A stretch of DNA of 63,652 nt, counting the filler, from Octopus bimaculoides (taxonomy: Eukaryota): the NCBI RefSeq assembly GCF_001194135.2. It is 9 parts of 7 records of this genome, joined end to end, with 100 filler letters (N's around TTAATTAATTAA, not from the genome) between each part and the next. Parts side by side here need not be neighbours in the genome. Positions count along the whole stretch, not along the records: positions 37,650 to 46,321 come from NC_069007.1; positions 46,422 to 63,652 come from NC_068988.1; 7 more parts are not named here. One strand, given 5' to 3'. Within the stretch, counting starts at the first letter, position 1. The number at the start of each line of letters is the position of its first letter. Position numbers and translations under genes: made by a program. Of this stretch, positions 38,956 to 52,704 are shown piece by piece. Under the pieces are notes generated by a model, which was not told the origin of the DNA, did no database searches, and saw nothing but the letters and a program-made list of their open reading frames with translations.

Positions 38956-39306
38956 AATAATCCTTTCTAGTCTAGGCACAAGGCCTGAAATCTTGGGGGA
39001 TGGGGGCCAGTCGATTAGATCGACCCCAGTACACTACTGGTACTTATTTTATCGACCCCGAAAGGATAAAAAGCAAAGTCGACCTCGGCGGAATTTGAAC
39101 TCAGAACGTGAAGACGGACGAAATACCGCTAAGCATTTCGTCCGGCGCGCTAACGATTCTGCCAACTCACCACCTTCGTCGTAGGAACAATAATTATTTC
39201 AAATTTTCGACCTCGGCAGAATTTGAACTCAGAATGATGTAAAGAGACGAATTGAGTCTAAGCATTTTTTTTGCTGACAAGCTAAGAACTCTGCCAGCTC
39301 ACCACC

Positions 39307-39361
<55 letters not shown>

Positions 39362-39780
39362 TCCTCTCTACTATAGGCGCAAGTCTTNNNNNNNNNNNNN
39401 NNNNNNNNNNNNNNNNNNNNNNNNNNNNNNNNNNNNNNNNNNNNNNNNNNNNNNNNNNNNNNACCTCGGCAGAATTTGAACTCAGAACACGAAGACGGAT
39501 GAAATACCAGTAAGCATTTCGTCCAGCATGCTCTGCCTTCATATAATAATAACAATGATAATGATAGTTTCAAATTTTGGCACAAGGCCAGCAATTTCGG
39601 GGGGGGGGTGAGTTGATTACATCAACCCCAGAGTTTAACTGGTATTTATTTTATCGACCCTGAAAGGATGAAAAGCAAAGCCTACCTCGGCAGAATTTGA
39701 ACTCAGAATGATGTAAAGAGACGAAATACCGTTAAGCATTTCGTCTGGCGAGCTAATGATTCTGCCAGCTAACCGCCTAA
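38956..39780 (-). mobile_element. Cluster of about 4 head-to-tail SINE family A copies
   Basis: 38956-39176, 39205-39307, 39360-39540 (gap), 39570-39778, separated by (AAT)n. Confidence 0.88.
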
Positions 39781-40399
39781 CAACAATAAGAATAATAAAA
39801 ACGAGGGAAACCACGAGCAAAAGAATAAAAATCAAATAACAAGTAAACAGATAGCATTTGGACGACATCTTCGATCAGGTGCCCGAACTATTCGACCCCT
39901 GGTGCTAAATCTAAATCATAGACTATCAAATGAATCGAGTTGAACCGCGCAAGGTTAAACAAACTTGGCTCTTCTAGTTAGCAAACACAGCGGAATTTAT
40001 TCAGATTCTTACAAACCCAAACAAATTCCGATGTCAAATTGATAAATGTTAAATGCCCTTCTCTTGAGAAAGAGGGCAAAGGTTTTTCGACTATAAATAT
40101 AGCTTGCACTGAAGAAATCGCTGAGAGCTATCTATCTATCTGGGTGTCTGTCTATCTATCTATCTGTCTGTCTGTCTATCTATATATCCACTATCTATCT
40201 ATCTATCTGTCTGTCTTTCTATCTATCTGTGTGTGTCTATCTGTCTATGCCTGTCTGTCTGTCTGTATGTATGTATGTATGTATGGAGAGATACATAGAA
40301 CGAAGACCAGAACATTTATCATGCATAAACAAGAAACCTTAAATATTCTTCTCTGTTCTGGGCACAAGGTCCGACATTTTTGGGGGAGAGGGCCAGTCG

Positions 40400-40439
<40 letters not shown>

Positions 40440-41340
40440 GTATCTGTGTGTATGCGCGTGTGTGTGTGTGTGCTTGTGTAGGTGTGTGCGTGTGTGTTGT
40501 CTGTGTGATGAACAGAAAAGTACAAATGTGACGCCAGAGTGCAGGTGTAGCTTTTTTCCCCTTCTCAATATATACAACTCATTATAATATTTAATTATAA
40601 AAATGCAATTAGGATTTTTTTAAATATCGAATGGGATATAAAGGTCTACGGAAACCAAATAGGAACCAAAGGGGTCCATAGATAAAAATAAAAAAAAGAG
40701 AACCGCTAAACTGAATGGAACTGACGTTCTTCCTGTGTTGAAATTATAATGTCACAGATTCCAGACTTGATTTCAAAGTGTAAAATTTCACTATCACAAC
40801 CACCAATAGCAATTATGCGAAGAACCGGTTTCAAAAATTGAAATCAATTATATTTACTGAAAGACAGGCAATTTCAATGAAGATTAGTCTCAGCTACTTA
40901 TAGCTGGAATTACATTTCTAAGTCACACGCTACGGACATAAATTCTGTATGTTCATACAAGTCGCCCGCGAACATCAGTTTATACGTTTGTTCGACGGAT
41001 TTCAAGTGTCTGTATACATTTATGAGATTACACACCCACACATACACACACGCACTTATGCACACACACAGGCACACATACACACACGCGCATATATTTG
41101 CGTATGTGTGTCTTTTTGCTAATGTTTATCCGGCGCCACCGTTTCGCAATCGGTGTTGCTTTTGTTAACGTCCCCCATAAACTTCCCACAAACAAGTTCG
41201 CCTCGTAGCACCTGTTTGAGGATCCTCTGATTCTTCATTCGAACAAGGTGTCCAGTCCGAAGTAAACGTTGGTTGTGCACCATTGCCTCCATGCTCAGAA
41301 GATCGGTGCCTCTTAAGACATTTGTGCCTGTACAGTTCTA

Positions 41341-41482
41341 TATCTAAAAGATGAGGAACCCAGGTTCGAAATTTCCCTAAGACACCTGATGAAGGCCGGA
41401 GGGTATATCAACCGAAACGTTGTGTTAACAACAAACAAGATGAGAACAAATATCCGTCAAATGTAAACAATGTAAATAATGT
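41341..41482 (+). mobile_element. Family H, 5'-truncated copy with hammerhead at 41381-41426
   Basis: Same sequence as the 3' part of the 38234-38618 element; two stem II substitutions. Confidence 0.8.
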
Positions 41483-42354
41483 GTGTCTGTAGTTCATAAG
41501 GAGCAACCGACAATCAGAACGTGTTTCAGATATCCCTGATGGCAGCGTTCAAAGACCCTTACATGACGCCTGTAAAAAGTCCATGCCTCACATAAGTAAA
41601 AAAAATGACTTCAGATGCATATAAGTTACACAACAGTTTTTCTTGGCCTTGTGATGCCGTGTTGGAACCAGACTCAAGACTCAAAAGCCCTGAAGGAATC
41701 AGTTACCTCCAGAAGCCTTCAAGACTTTTCATCACCCGTTGAACAAGAACCCAGGTAGACAAGCTTGTCCGCCACAGTCAGCACTATTCCTTCAAATGGT
41801 TTTACATTTGGTTTTCCTGGCGCTGGTCTACTTTAGGAATTCCGCAGTGTTGGTTGAGATAATTATTGACGATATATACACATACACTTCGGCGCGTGAC
41901 TTACTGGGTAATGTGTCGCATTCATGCTCGAAAGATCGCGGGTTCGATTCTCGAACAGTTGTTTTCTCAGGCACCTCACCATGCGATCACACCTACACCT
42001 AATTTGCGGCACACCATGCACCCGTACAAGAAACGTTAATTTGATGGAGTTAGCCAGCCAATGGACAGCCCAAATATTTGATCACTATAAACAAACCGTA
42101 TGTGTAGGCTGTTCGGCAAGAAATTATAGAAACATTTTTCTCGTATCCAGAGACTACCGGAGTCTCGTATCTAGAGACATATATATATATATATATATAT
42201 ATATANNNNNNNNNNNNNNNNNNNNNNNNNNNNNNNNNNNNNNNNNNNNNNNNNNNNNNNNNNNNNNNNNNNNNNNNNNNNNNNNNNNNNNNNNNNNNNN
42301 NNNNNNNNNNNNNNNNNNNNNNNNNNNNNNNNNNNNNNNNNNNNNNNNNNNNNN

Positions 42355-42387
<33 letters not shown>

Positions 42388-45155
42388 TGTATGCATATAC
42401 ATATATGTGTCAATTTATGGAACCTAAAATATATACACTTGCTCCATCTATATGTAGCAAATTAAATAAATATATAAATAAGTTAACTGACATGCTGAAT
42501 AAATAATGAATGTTTTTAAAATCAGTTTTTTGCATATTTGGGTCTAGAATAATGCGCAAAACGAAATTGTGATTTGCTGATCATCATTTTAAAATCTTTG
42601 GTGAAATCTGGAAAATTCGTGATTGAAGCAAAAACTGATTTTAGTATGAAAGCTATGGGCGTATCCACTCCGTTTGATCTATAATCTTGGAGATGAAAAG
42701 AATAATAGCAGCGATATAATATTTAGATATATAACTAAACGTAGCTATATTGATGTACTCCCATTCACTCACTCTGTCACACACACACACACACACACAA
42801 ATATACACACTCGCACACACTAACAGCGACATATACGTGCCTAAATGCATCCCCACACGATCGCATATGAATATAGATGCAGATGTGTTTACAGAAACGC
42901 ACACAAACACACATACATATATGAATATACACACATACATAATATATACATAATTACAAATATACTTAAATACATAGCTAAACGTAAACCTTCACAGACA
43001 CACACTCTCATATATAAATATTAGTTATAGAATAAAAACGCTGGGTTAACGACTCAACATAGCACACCCCCTCAATGAACATATATCAGAAATACAACAT
43101 AATCCGTGAAACATAAGGAATAAGAAGATATAACGCAAGAAGAAATAATAAATAAAAGAATAAGAAATATATAAGAAGTAAGATGCAAGAAATAGAACAT
43201 GTAGTATAAAATTTTATACACGAATATATTAATCAACCAATAACATACAAATGAGTTGAAGGTATAATACAATACACATAAATATCATTTCAATAGAAGT
43301 TAAAATTAATACGAATAGAAGGAATAAAAATTTCAAATATATAATATATAGGTCGAACTAAAATAAAGTAAAATAAAATAAAGAAATGACGTACCATAAA
43401 GTGGTCCATCGGTTAAAAATCAAGGACAGAAATGATTTAACACCATTTAGAATTAAAGCTCAAAGTTCTTCATCTCCCTCGGGCACATTTTACAAGTAAA
43501 AAACAGTAGACACCAATAGGCAAGTCCGCACCAGTTAGGTATATTGAAGAGTGAACAACAGGCACACAGCAGGTAAAACATGTAAAATTTAATTCCACTC
43601 ATCATGTCCAAAAAGTTCACAACACATGGGTCAAAATACAATTACAGCATCCAGCAGGTATCAATCAGTAAAAGCAATTTCACGAAAACCATGTACAACA
43701 CATATGGTCATTTGGGGGGTACACCACTGTATTATAAACACAATAGAGTGCAAACTGGTGATGACCCCCCTCGTCAGGGTAAACTTACGTACAAATGTCA
43801 CGACATGCGATTTCTTTATTAGGCATAAAGCCCCAAACANNNNNNNNNNACTTACGTACAAATGTCACGACATGCGATTTCTTTATTAGGCATAAAGCCC
43901 CAAACACAGATGGGGTCACCACAAGGACAGACAAGACCACAGTGGGGACAAAAAAACATAAAACGAATGTAAATGAAATGAAAGTTATATATAAAAATGA
44001 GAAAATGAAACGGACGCAAAATGTCACGACATGCACAAAGAGAAAATAATTTTTATAAAAGAGCAAATATATATAATCAATATGGACCAGCCTTAGACAA
44101 GCCCATGCAAATAATGGAAAGATTTAAAAAGAAAAAGAAAAGTGCTATTTTAGAATAGTCAAACAGGCTGCAGTATCAAAACCAATCTTCGAGGTTTCAA
44201 ATCACCCTAACGCAAACTATAATATAATATAATATTATATTATATTATATTTATCTTATGATATTTACTTTACTTTATATTATACTCATTTATTGTGCTT
44301 TTAATTATTAATTTTTCTATATGTGGTAGTGGATTTTCATCGATGAGTTCTTGAAAATTGGTCATTTTCCCTAAAACTATATATTTTATATATACTTTAT
44401 CTATAAGGCTCAATTTAATTTTAATTTTTTATAAATTGATTTTAATTGAGTTTTTTACCNNNNNNNNNNNNNNNNNNNNNNNNNNNNNNNNNNNNNNNNN
44501 NNNNNNNNNNNNNNNNNNNNNNNNNNNNNNNNNNNNNNNNNNNNNNNNNNNNNNNNNNNNNNNNNNNNNNNNNNNNNNNNNNNNNNNNNNNNNNNNNNNN
44601 NNNNNNNNNNNNNNNNNNNNNNNNNNNNNNNNNNNNNNNNNNNNNNNNNNNNNNNNNNNNNNNNNNNNNNNNNNNNNNNNNNNNNNNNNNNNNNNNNNNN
44701 NNNNNNNNNNNNNNNNNNNNNNNNNNNNNNNNNNNNNNNNNNNNNNNNNNNNNNNNNNNNNNNNNNNNNNNNNNNNNNNNNNNNNNNNNNNNNNNNNNNN
44801 NNNNNNNNNNNNNNNNNNNNNNNNNNNNNNNNNNNNNNNNNNNNNNNNNNNNNNNNNNNNNNNNNNNNNNNNNNNNNNNNNNNNNNNNNNNNNNNNNNNN
44901 NNNNNNNNNNNNNNNNNNNNNNNNNNNNNNNNNNNNNNNNNNNNNNNNNNNNNNNNNNNNNNNNNNNNNNNNNNNNNNNNNNNNNNNNNNNNAGGCCTCG
45001 GTCGGCCCGGATCTATAATTCAAAAAGATTAGGGGGGGGGCCAAGCAATGGGACTGAACACAAGACCAGTTGGTTGCAAAACGAGCCATTAAACCACGCT
45101 GACAAACCTACGCCCAATTAAAAAAAAAAAAGGAAAAAAAAAAAAGAAATAAACA

Positions 45156-45564
45156 TATTCTTTTATTCTTTTAATTGTTTCAGTCATTTGACTGCGGCCA
45201 TGCTGGAGCACCGCCTTCAGTCGAGCAAATCGACCCCAGGACCTATTCTTTGTAAGCCCAGTACCCATTCTATCGTTCACTTTGCCGAACCGCAAAGTTA
45301 TGGGAACATAAACACACCAGCATCGGTTGTCAAGCGATATTGGTGGGGGACAAACACAGACACACAAACATATACACACACATACATATACATATATATA
45401 CATATACGACGGGCTTCTTCCAGTTTTCGTCGACCAAATCCACTCACAAGGCTTTGGTCGGCCCGAGGCTATAGTAGAAGACACTTGCCCAAGGTGCCAC
45501 GCAGTGGTAATGAACCTGGAGCCATGTGGTTGGTAAGCAAGCTACTTACCACACAGCCACTCCT
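45156..45564 (-). mobile_element. SINE family B, full length
   Basis: Reverse copy of 36613-36999. Confidence 0.95.
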
Positions 45565-45999
45565 AAATAAATAAATGAACAAAACACCAAAAAGGAATAA
45601 ACAAAAAATAAACAGTGATATGATCAAGTGCGAGGTGTCAATCATCGGATGTGGTCACTGAAAGCAGAAAGAAAGACGAAATGAAATTAAAAGGAAGAAT
45701 AAAAGGCCAACGGACTCCGCCTCGTATCGCTGCTATATTATTAAGTCTTGTTTCTCGTCGCTTGTGTCATCATTAAGTTGCAGTTGCTATAATTTCTAAC
45801 ATAACCTGTATCGATATAACTAGTCTCGTTTATTCGATTTCTTTCGTATGTATTCATTTGTGGCTTTTTTTATTCCGTCTTCTCAAGTTAGCTACTTACA
45901 TATTCCGCTGTTGTTTGTTGTCTCTGTCGGTGCTACTAATTATAATTTGCATGTGGACTTGCAGTAACAACAACAACAGCAACACTAATAAATAAACAT

Positions 46000-46172
46000 A
46001 ATTAATGATGATGATGATGATGATGATGATGATAATGATAATGATGATGATTATGATGATGGTGATGAATTTGATGATAATGTCACTGATGATGATTACA
46101 ATCATAACATAATAATGATGATGATGATGATCATAAAAATAAGAAGAAGAACGATAACGATAATAATGATAA

Positions 46173-46238
<66 letters not shown>

Positions 46239-46321
46239 CAACAATGATGATGATGTTAAATGATAATACTGATGATGATGTTAAAAATAATAATAATAGT
46301 AATAATAATAATAATAATATT
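46000..46321. repeat. (GAT)n/(AAT)n triplet microsatellites
   Basis: Direct. Confidence 0.95.
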
Positions 46322-46492
46322 NNNNNNNNNNNNNNNNNNNNNNNNNNNNNNNNNNNNNNNNNNNNTTAATTAATTAANNNNNNNNNNNNNNNNNNNNNNN
46401 NNNNNNNNNNNNNNNNNNNNNATACACACTCACATATACATACATGCGCACACAGACACACATATATGTATATGTGTGTGCATATGTGTGTG

Positions 46493-46528
<36 letters not shown>

Positions 46529-46541
46529 TGCCTGTCTGTCT

Positions 46542-46591
<50 letters not shown>

Positions 46592-47044
46592 GTGTGTTTG
46601 ACGTATGTAGCTAGTGGGGTTCGTGGATCGAACGAATGAAACTCTGCTACTGGTGTATCAATATAATATCGTTTCTGATATAATCATGAGGTCAGACATT
46701 TTGAGAAAGATGTCGAATGATTAAAAGGACACCTGTACTGCACTGGTACTTTGCTTTTCTGATCTAATAGAATACAATAGAAAGTATACCTCCACAGCAT
46801 GAGTTGCACTAGGAACGTAAAGTGTCGGAACACTTACCTAAAGGCCTTTTGGCTGAGTACAAAATGATTCTGTTGGTTTACCATCACTCTATGAACTCCT
46901 GTGTAGATTATTATTTGTGTATTCGCTCATGTTTATATACACATGTATTTATGTACACATACTCATAAACGCCCCTTTTTCGCTTTCTCTTCCTCTTCCT
47001 CTTCTTGTCTCTCTCTTAGTGTCTCTCTGTCACACACACACACG

Positions 47045-47082
<38 letters not shown>

Positions 47083-47183
47083 AATAAATAGTTATAGGTT
47101 CGGTATTTGATGTACTATTGTTCATATTTCTCTCCATCTACTTTTTCTTGCCACATGCCTACATACACATAGACGTCTATACG

Positions 47184-47304
<121 letters not shown>

Positions 47305-47419
47305 GGAAGGATGGATGGATAGACATACGTTATTTGAGCGATAAATATTTGAGGGCATATTCGGTAATTTAGTAAAACAAGTCTAACGTTAGAAAAACCA
47401 AAGTAATTTAATAAATATA

Positions 47420-48530
47420 TATGTGCACATGTTCTCCAATAAGTCTTCTTACAAGATTTTTCTATGAATCTGTTTTTAGTTTCGATGTCTGTTTCAATGC
47501 AGGACAGGCATTTATGACATGTTTCACAAAATGATCCATTCTTCATTTCCGATATCATCTGGACAATGGCGGCCTTCAGTATTGAGAGTGTATCGATTAG
47601 TCACCCTTAACAACCCTCCAAACGTAGTAGTCAATGAGATTTAAACCTAGTGAGTGCGATTTACACGATCGTATTTTGGGGATTACGTAGGCTTTGTTCT
47701 AAGGCTTTGTACATATATAACTTTCCACTTTAACCTGACGTTAACAACATATCCAGCAGTATTAACTCTAAGACACTATGGGAAGATATGAAGTGGCATT
47801 ATATGACCTTCCTTAATCGTTGTTTGTTGTTGTTGGCACTCCGTCGCTTACGATTTCGAGGGTTCCAGTCGATCCGATCAACGGAACAGCTTGCTCTTGA
47901 AATTAACGTGCAAGTGGCTGAGCACTCCACAGACACGTGTACCCTTAACGTAGTTCTCGAGGATATTCAGCGTGACACAGTGTGACAAGGCTGACCCTTT
48001 GAATTACAGGCACAACAGAAACAGGAAGTAAGAGTGAGAGAAAGTTGTGGTGAAAGAGTACAGCAGGGTTCGCCACCATCCCCTGTCGGAGCCTCGTGGA
48101 GCTTTAGGTGTTTTCGCTCAATAAACACTCACAACGCCCGGTCTGGGAATCGAAACCGCGATCCTATGACCGCGAGTCCGCTGCCCTAACCACTGGGCCA
48201 TTGCTCCTCCACCTTCCTTAATCACCACGCTTAAAACAATCATTGTTGCTGGAAACTTAGTGCGCATCATTCTGGTGACACCTGAAATATCTGCCCATAA
48301 CCATTTCTCATTTCCTCTGTGAGACTTTTAGCATTGGCCGAAGGTTTTCTTAGCAGGAAAGAATCCAAGCATGCCCCGCTCGTGAGGTTTTTTAAATCTT
48401 AAATAACCGTTCACCACATATTAACACGGTTCTTCGGTGATGAACCTTCATTGATTTTCCGGGATCATCATCGATGTTTTGAACTCATTGTATGAACTGC
48501 AGTGGCCCTACAGTATTCGAACGATTATCT
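47420..48530 (-). mobile_element. maT (DD37D)-like transposase fossil split by a SINE
   Basis: FFPAKKTF..NEKWLW..MMRTKFPATMIVLSVVIKEG|HIMPLHIFP..SLGLNLIDYYVWRVV..LKAAIVQMISEM; D-D spacing not countable. Confidence 0.7.
47819..48210 (-). mobile_element. SINE family D with 13-bp TSD
   Basis: ACCTTCCTTAATC at 47806-47818 and 48211-48223. Confidence 0.96.
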
Positions 48531-48783
48531 TCTATCTTTTATGTTTTATTTGTTTTAGTCATTGTCAGTATATATGTATGCAACTATGCATGTTGATTAC
48601 AACACCAGAGCGCTTTAGTTCTTATCTCTAGCATTATAGGTGTTCTAACACCCTCAGTCTTATTTAATGACAATCATAGTTTTCTTTTTGGTAATACAGT
48701 ACTAAACCGCTACCTACTTTAATGATGTGTGTGTGTGCGTGTGTATGTGAGAGTATGTGTGTGTGTGTATGTGTGTGTGTGTG

Positions 48784-48814
<31 letters not shown>

Positions 48815-48816
<2 letters not shown>

Positions 48817-48975
48817 ACGACGGGCTTCTTTCAGTTTTTGTCTACCAAAATTCACTCTCAAGGCTTTGGTCGGCCCGAAGCTATAGTAGAAGACACTTGC
48901 CCAAAGTGCCACACAGGGTGAGTGAACCCAGAACTATGAAGCTAGGGAGCAAGCTTCTTACCACACAGCCACACC
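48815..48975 (-). mobile_element. SINE family B, 5' half
   Basis: Head and CORE-like box. Confidence 0.85.
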
Positions 48976-49803
48976 TATAGATAAGAACGCTTTTGTATTT
49001 TTTGTTTTCTTCTTTTTGATATAGCTGAAACATTCCTCTCAGAGGTTTTGAACTCCATCCGATCTTTGTGTACAAAAGATCCTGCAATATTTACAAAGTT
49101 AGCAACTTCTAAACCGTTGTACTCAGCACACGTGGTAGTGACTGCATATTATTTAAGTTCTTCTGATGGCATTTTATCTGCTATCAGAGATCTGAATAAA
49201 ATAAAGGCTTTTTAACTGGTTTGAAGTGAGCAATACAACGATATTTAAATGTCCTCAAGTACCGCCCGCAGCCTCTGTCATTCAGTGCGTATGTATATGT
49301 GTATGTGCGTGCATGTGTGCGTATGTGCGTGCGCACATGGAAGTATGTGTACGTGCGCACGGAATTGTGTGTGTGTGTGTAGTTGCGCGTGGAAAATTAA
49401 CAAACCTCAGGGAAGTTCACATACGACTGCGATATATTTCAAACTGTAAAGGCTATTTATTTCACCGCAATTTATCGTGGAGAAAAACATTCCCGCTTTT
49501 GGTTAAAAGGCGTAAGAACAGAAACCATTGCCAGTGTAAAGCGCCCTCTGTGGACTGACAGATGCATTTCTAATTTGTCTTCAATACTGAAAGACGGCTA
49601 TCAAGCTAAACATGCATCTATCAATCAACCGACGGCAATTTACCCTGACAATGGTGTATCATTCACCTTTTTACCTAAAGCGAGCATTTTATTTTCTCTA
49701 CGATAATCTGCAGTGAAACATTTACAAGTTGAAATATGTCGCAAACGTATTCGAACATATCTAAAGTATTTGACAGGCGCGGACAAACAGATACACACAC
49801 ACA

Positions 49804-49845
<42 letters not shown>

Positions 49846-49861
49846 AACACGCGCTCGCATA

Positions 49862-50440
49862 TGCAGCAAAGCCTCGAAATACAAGTTAATTTGTTCCTGG
49901 AGACTGCTCGTACAGCGAAAAAACTCGTAAAGAAGAGCAATGAATTCCCATAGTAGAAATGTAATAAATCGTAATTCGTTCCCTGAAAAATATTTTACGA
50001 ACCAAATTTATAATACTGGTAAATAAATGGCAATAAAACAACAGTAGAATGTAAAGAATATTTTATATAAAGTAAAAGTAACATCAATATCATTTATAAT
50101 AAAAATTGTTATTATTATAATCGCTTTCTAAATTACTTTTACTCGCACCAGATTCGTGCCTAGCATCACTTGTAGACGCGATCGCCGATTCACAAGCACT
50201 TGTAGACAGATTTGTAGGCTTCTTTTTAAAAAAACAGTCTAGAGTTCTTTGCTAAGAAGAAGCTTTATTTCGCTCTCTTTAAGTTTTTCTATAAATTTCT
50301 CTATAAATTTCTCGGTAACACGCAGAAACCTGATGGTAGTAAAAACTTTCGCAGTTCGTTCAAAATTTCAACCATGTGCTAGAAAAATAAAACTCGTAAA
50401 CCCGGGGTCTCGAAAGCAGGTCTTCGTAAAGTGAGGTAGT
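49862..50440. mobile_element. Tigger/pogo-like MITE
   Basis: CAGCAAAGCCTCGAAATACAAG left end and TTCGTAAAGTGAGGTAGT right end. Confidence 0.5.
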
Positions 50441-50474
50441 TAGTCTGTCGCTTCCTTCCCCCCTCTCTCTCTCA

Positions 50475-50576
<102 letters not shown>

Positions 50577-50589
50577 CTGATGACGCGTG

Positions 50590-50890
50590 TCTTTGCGGTT
50601 ATGTTATTCAGCTCACGATCGAGACTTCGATACACGTCGGTGCGTGGTGTCCTTGAGAAAAACACTTATTTCACATTGCTCCTGTCCACTCAGCTGGAAA
50701 GAAATGAGTAGTGCCTGTATTTTAGAGGGCCTTGTCACATTCTGTGTCGTGCTGAAATCGCCTTCAGAACGACGCTGAGGGTACACGTGTCTGCGGGATG
50801 CTCAGCCACTTGCACGGCAATTACAAGCGTCCACTGTTCTGTTGAATGCCTCGACTGGAACACTCGTCGTCATAACCGACACAGTGCCAC
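50590..50890 (+). mobile_element. Old SINE with E-like centre and D-like tail
   Basis: GTGTCCTTGAGAAAAACACTT followed by GGGTACACGTGTCTG..TCAGCCACTTGCAC. Confidence 0.7.
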
Positions 50891-52474
50891 TTAGATATGT
50901 ATCCGTATCTGTCAATTTGTCTGTTCACACACACACACATACACACATACACACACGCGCGCGCGCACACACACTTGCATTTCCGTTGGTTTCAATGATG
51001 AGGATTCAGTCAGCCGTTCGAACAACATAATTTGCAGTCAGAGCCAACGGGATACTGTGCAGAGCAGGGATGTACCATTAAATTACAGGTAAAATTCATT
51101 CGACAAACCTTTAAACGAATGCCACCGAATGAGATCAAACCCAGTATCTCTTGCTTGCAAACAGAACTTCTTAACCATTCGGCCACATTACGCCTATGTA
51201 TGTAGGTATTCATCAATTCATGTGTCCATACATGTGTATTTATATATAAATATATACAAGTATGTATGTATGAATATACTTACATATATATATGCATATA
51301 CATGTATGTATATGCAGACATACATGCATGAATATGTAAATGCATAGAGACATGCATACATACATACACATATACACACAAACGAACATATAACGTTACT
51401 GTTCAAATAATTACTGTGTTGAAGAAAGAAAGCCAGGCTTCGATAGAAACTATAAACAAAGATGAACTCTAATACCACCAAGCCCACATCTTAACCCTCT
51501 AACCAATAGCCTTTTCACCCTATCACTAACTCCTAANNNNNNNNNNNNNNNNNNNNNNNNNNNNNNNNNNNNNNNNNNNNNNNNNNNNNNNNNNNNNNNN
51601 NNNNNNNNNNNNNNNNNNNNNNNNNNNNNNNNNNNNNNNNNNNNNNNNNNNNNNNNNNNNNNNNNNNNNNNNNNNNNNNNNNNNNNNNNNNNNNNNNNNN
51701 NNNNNNNNNNNNNNNNNNNNNNNNNNNNNNNNNNNNNNNNNNNNNNNNNNNNNNNNNNNNNNNNNNNNNNNNNNNNNNNNNNNNNNNNNNNNNNNNNNNN
51801 NNNNNNNNNNNNNNNNNNNNNNNNNNNNNNNNNNNNNNNNNNNNNNNNNNNNNNNNNNNNNNNNNNNNNNNNNNNNNNNNNNNNNNNNNNNNNNNNNNNN
51901 NNNNNNNNNNNNNNNNNNNNNNNNNNNNNNNNNNNNNNNNNNNNNNNNNNNNNNNNNNNNNNNNNNNNNNNNNNNNNNNNNNNNNNNNNNNNNNNNNNNN
52001 NNNNNNNNNNNNNNNNNNNNNNNNNNNNNNNNNNNNNNNNNNNNNNNNNNNNNNNNNNNNNNNNNNNNNNNNNNNNNNNNNNNNNNNNNNNNNNNNNNNN
52101 NNNNNNNNNNNNNNNNNNNNNNNNNNNNNNNNNNNNNNNNTATATAGGAGCATGTGTGCGAGTGTGTGTATGCATATGTATACGCCTGCTTAAGTTTAAA
52201 GATAGATGGTGCCAGGTATCTAATCTACGAAATACCCCACTAGAATACATACATACAAGCATACATACATACACACACACACACACATATATACATACAT
52301 ACATACATACATAAATACATTTGTGTATGCGTATGTATGTATGCTTATATATGCATGCGTCCATGTATATGTGTGTGTGTTTCAATCTTAAAAGCAGAAA
52401 AACATAAACACATAACCAGCTTCCAAACAACAATTACCTTTGCAGGGAAGAAACATATGTTTCTCTTTTCCCAG

Positions 52475-52566
52475 ATTTCCACAAAATTACCTGAACAAAA
52501 CACATTAGTGAAATACATTAAAATACTGCAGGATTCCAATAAATCAACGGTAAACAAAGATGGAAA
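52475..52566 (+). CDS. Candidate internal exon, unknown product
   Basis: tgtttctcttttcccag acceptor, gtaagt donor; only one open frame, ISTKLPEQNTLVKYIKILQDSNKSTVNKDG. Confidence 0.45.
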
Positions 52567-52670
52567 GTAAGTACACCCACTTCCCATAAATAAGTAGAAA
52601 GCTAATTTTAATAAACACGTCGTTAGCGGAGATGGCAGACCCCAAGATTTATTCAAGTAAAGATCGCTTG

Positions 52671-52704
<34 letters not shown>

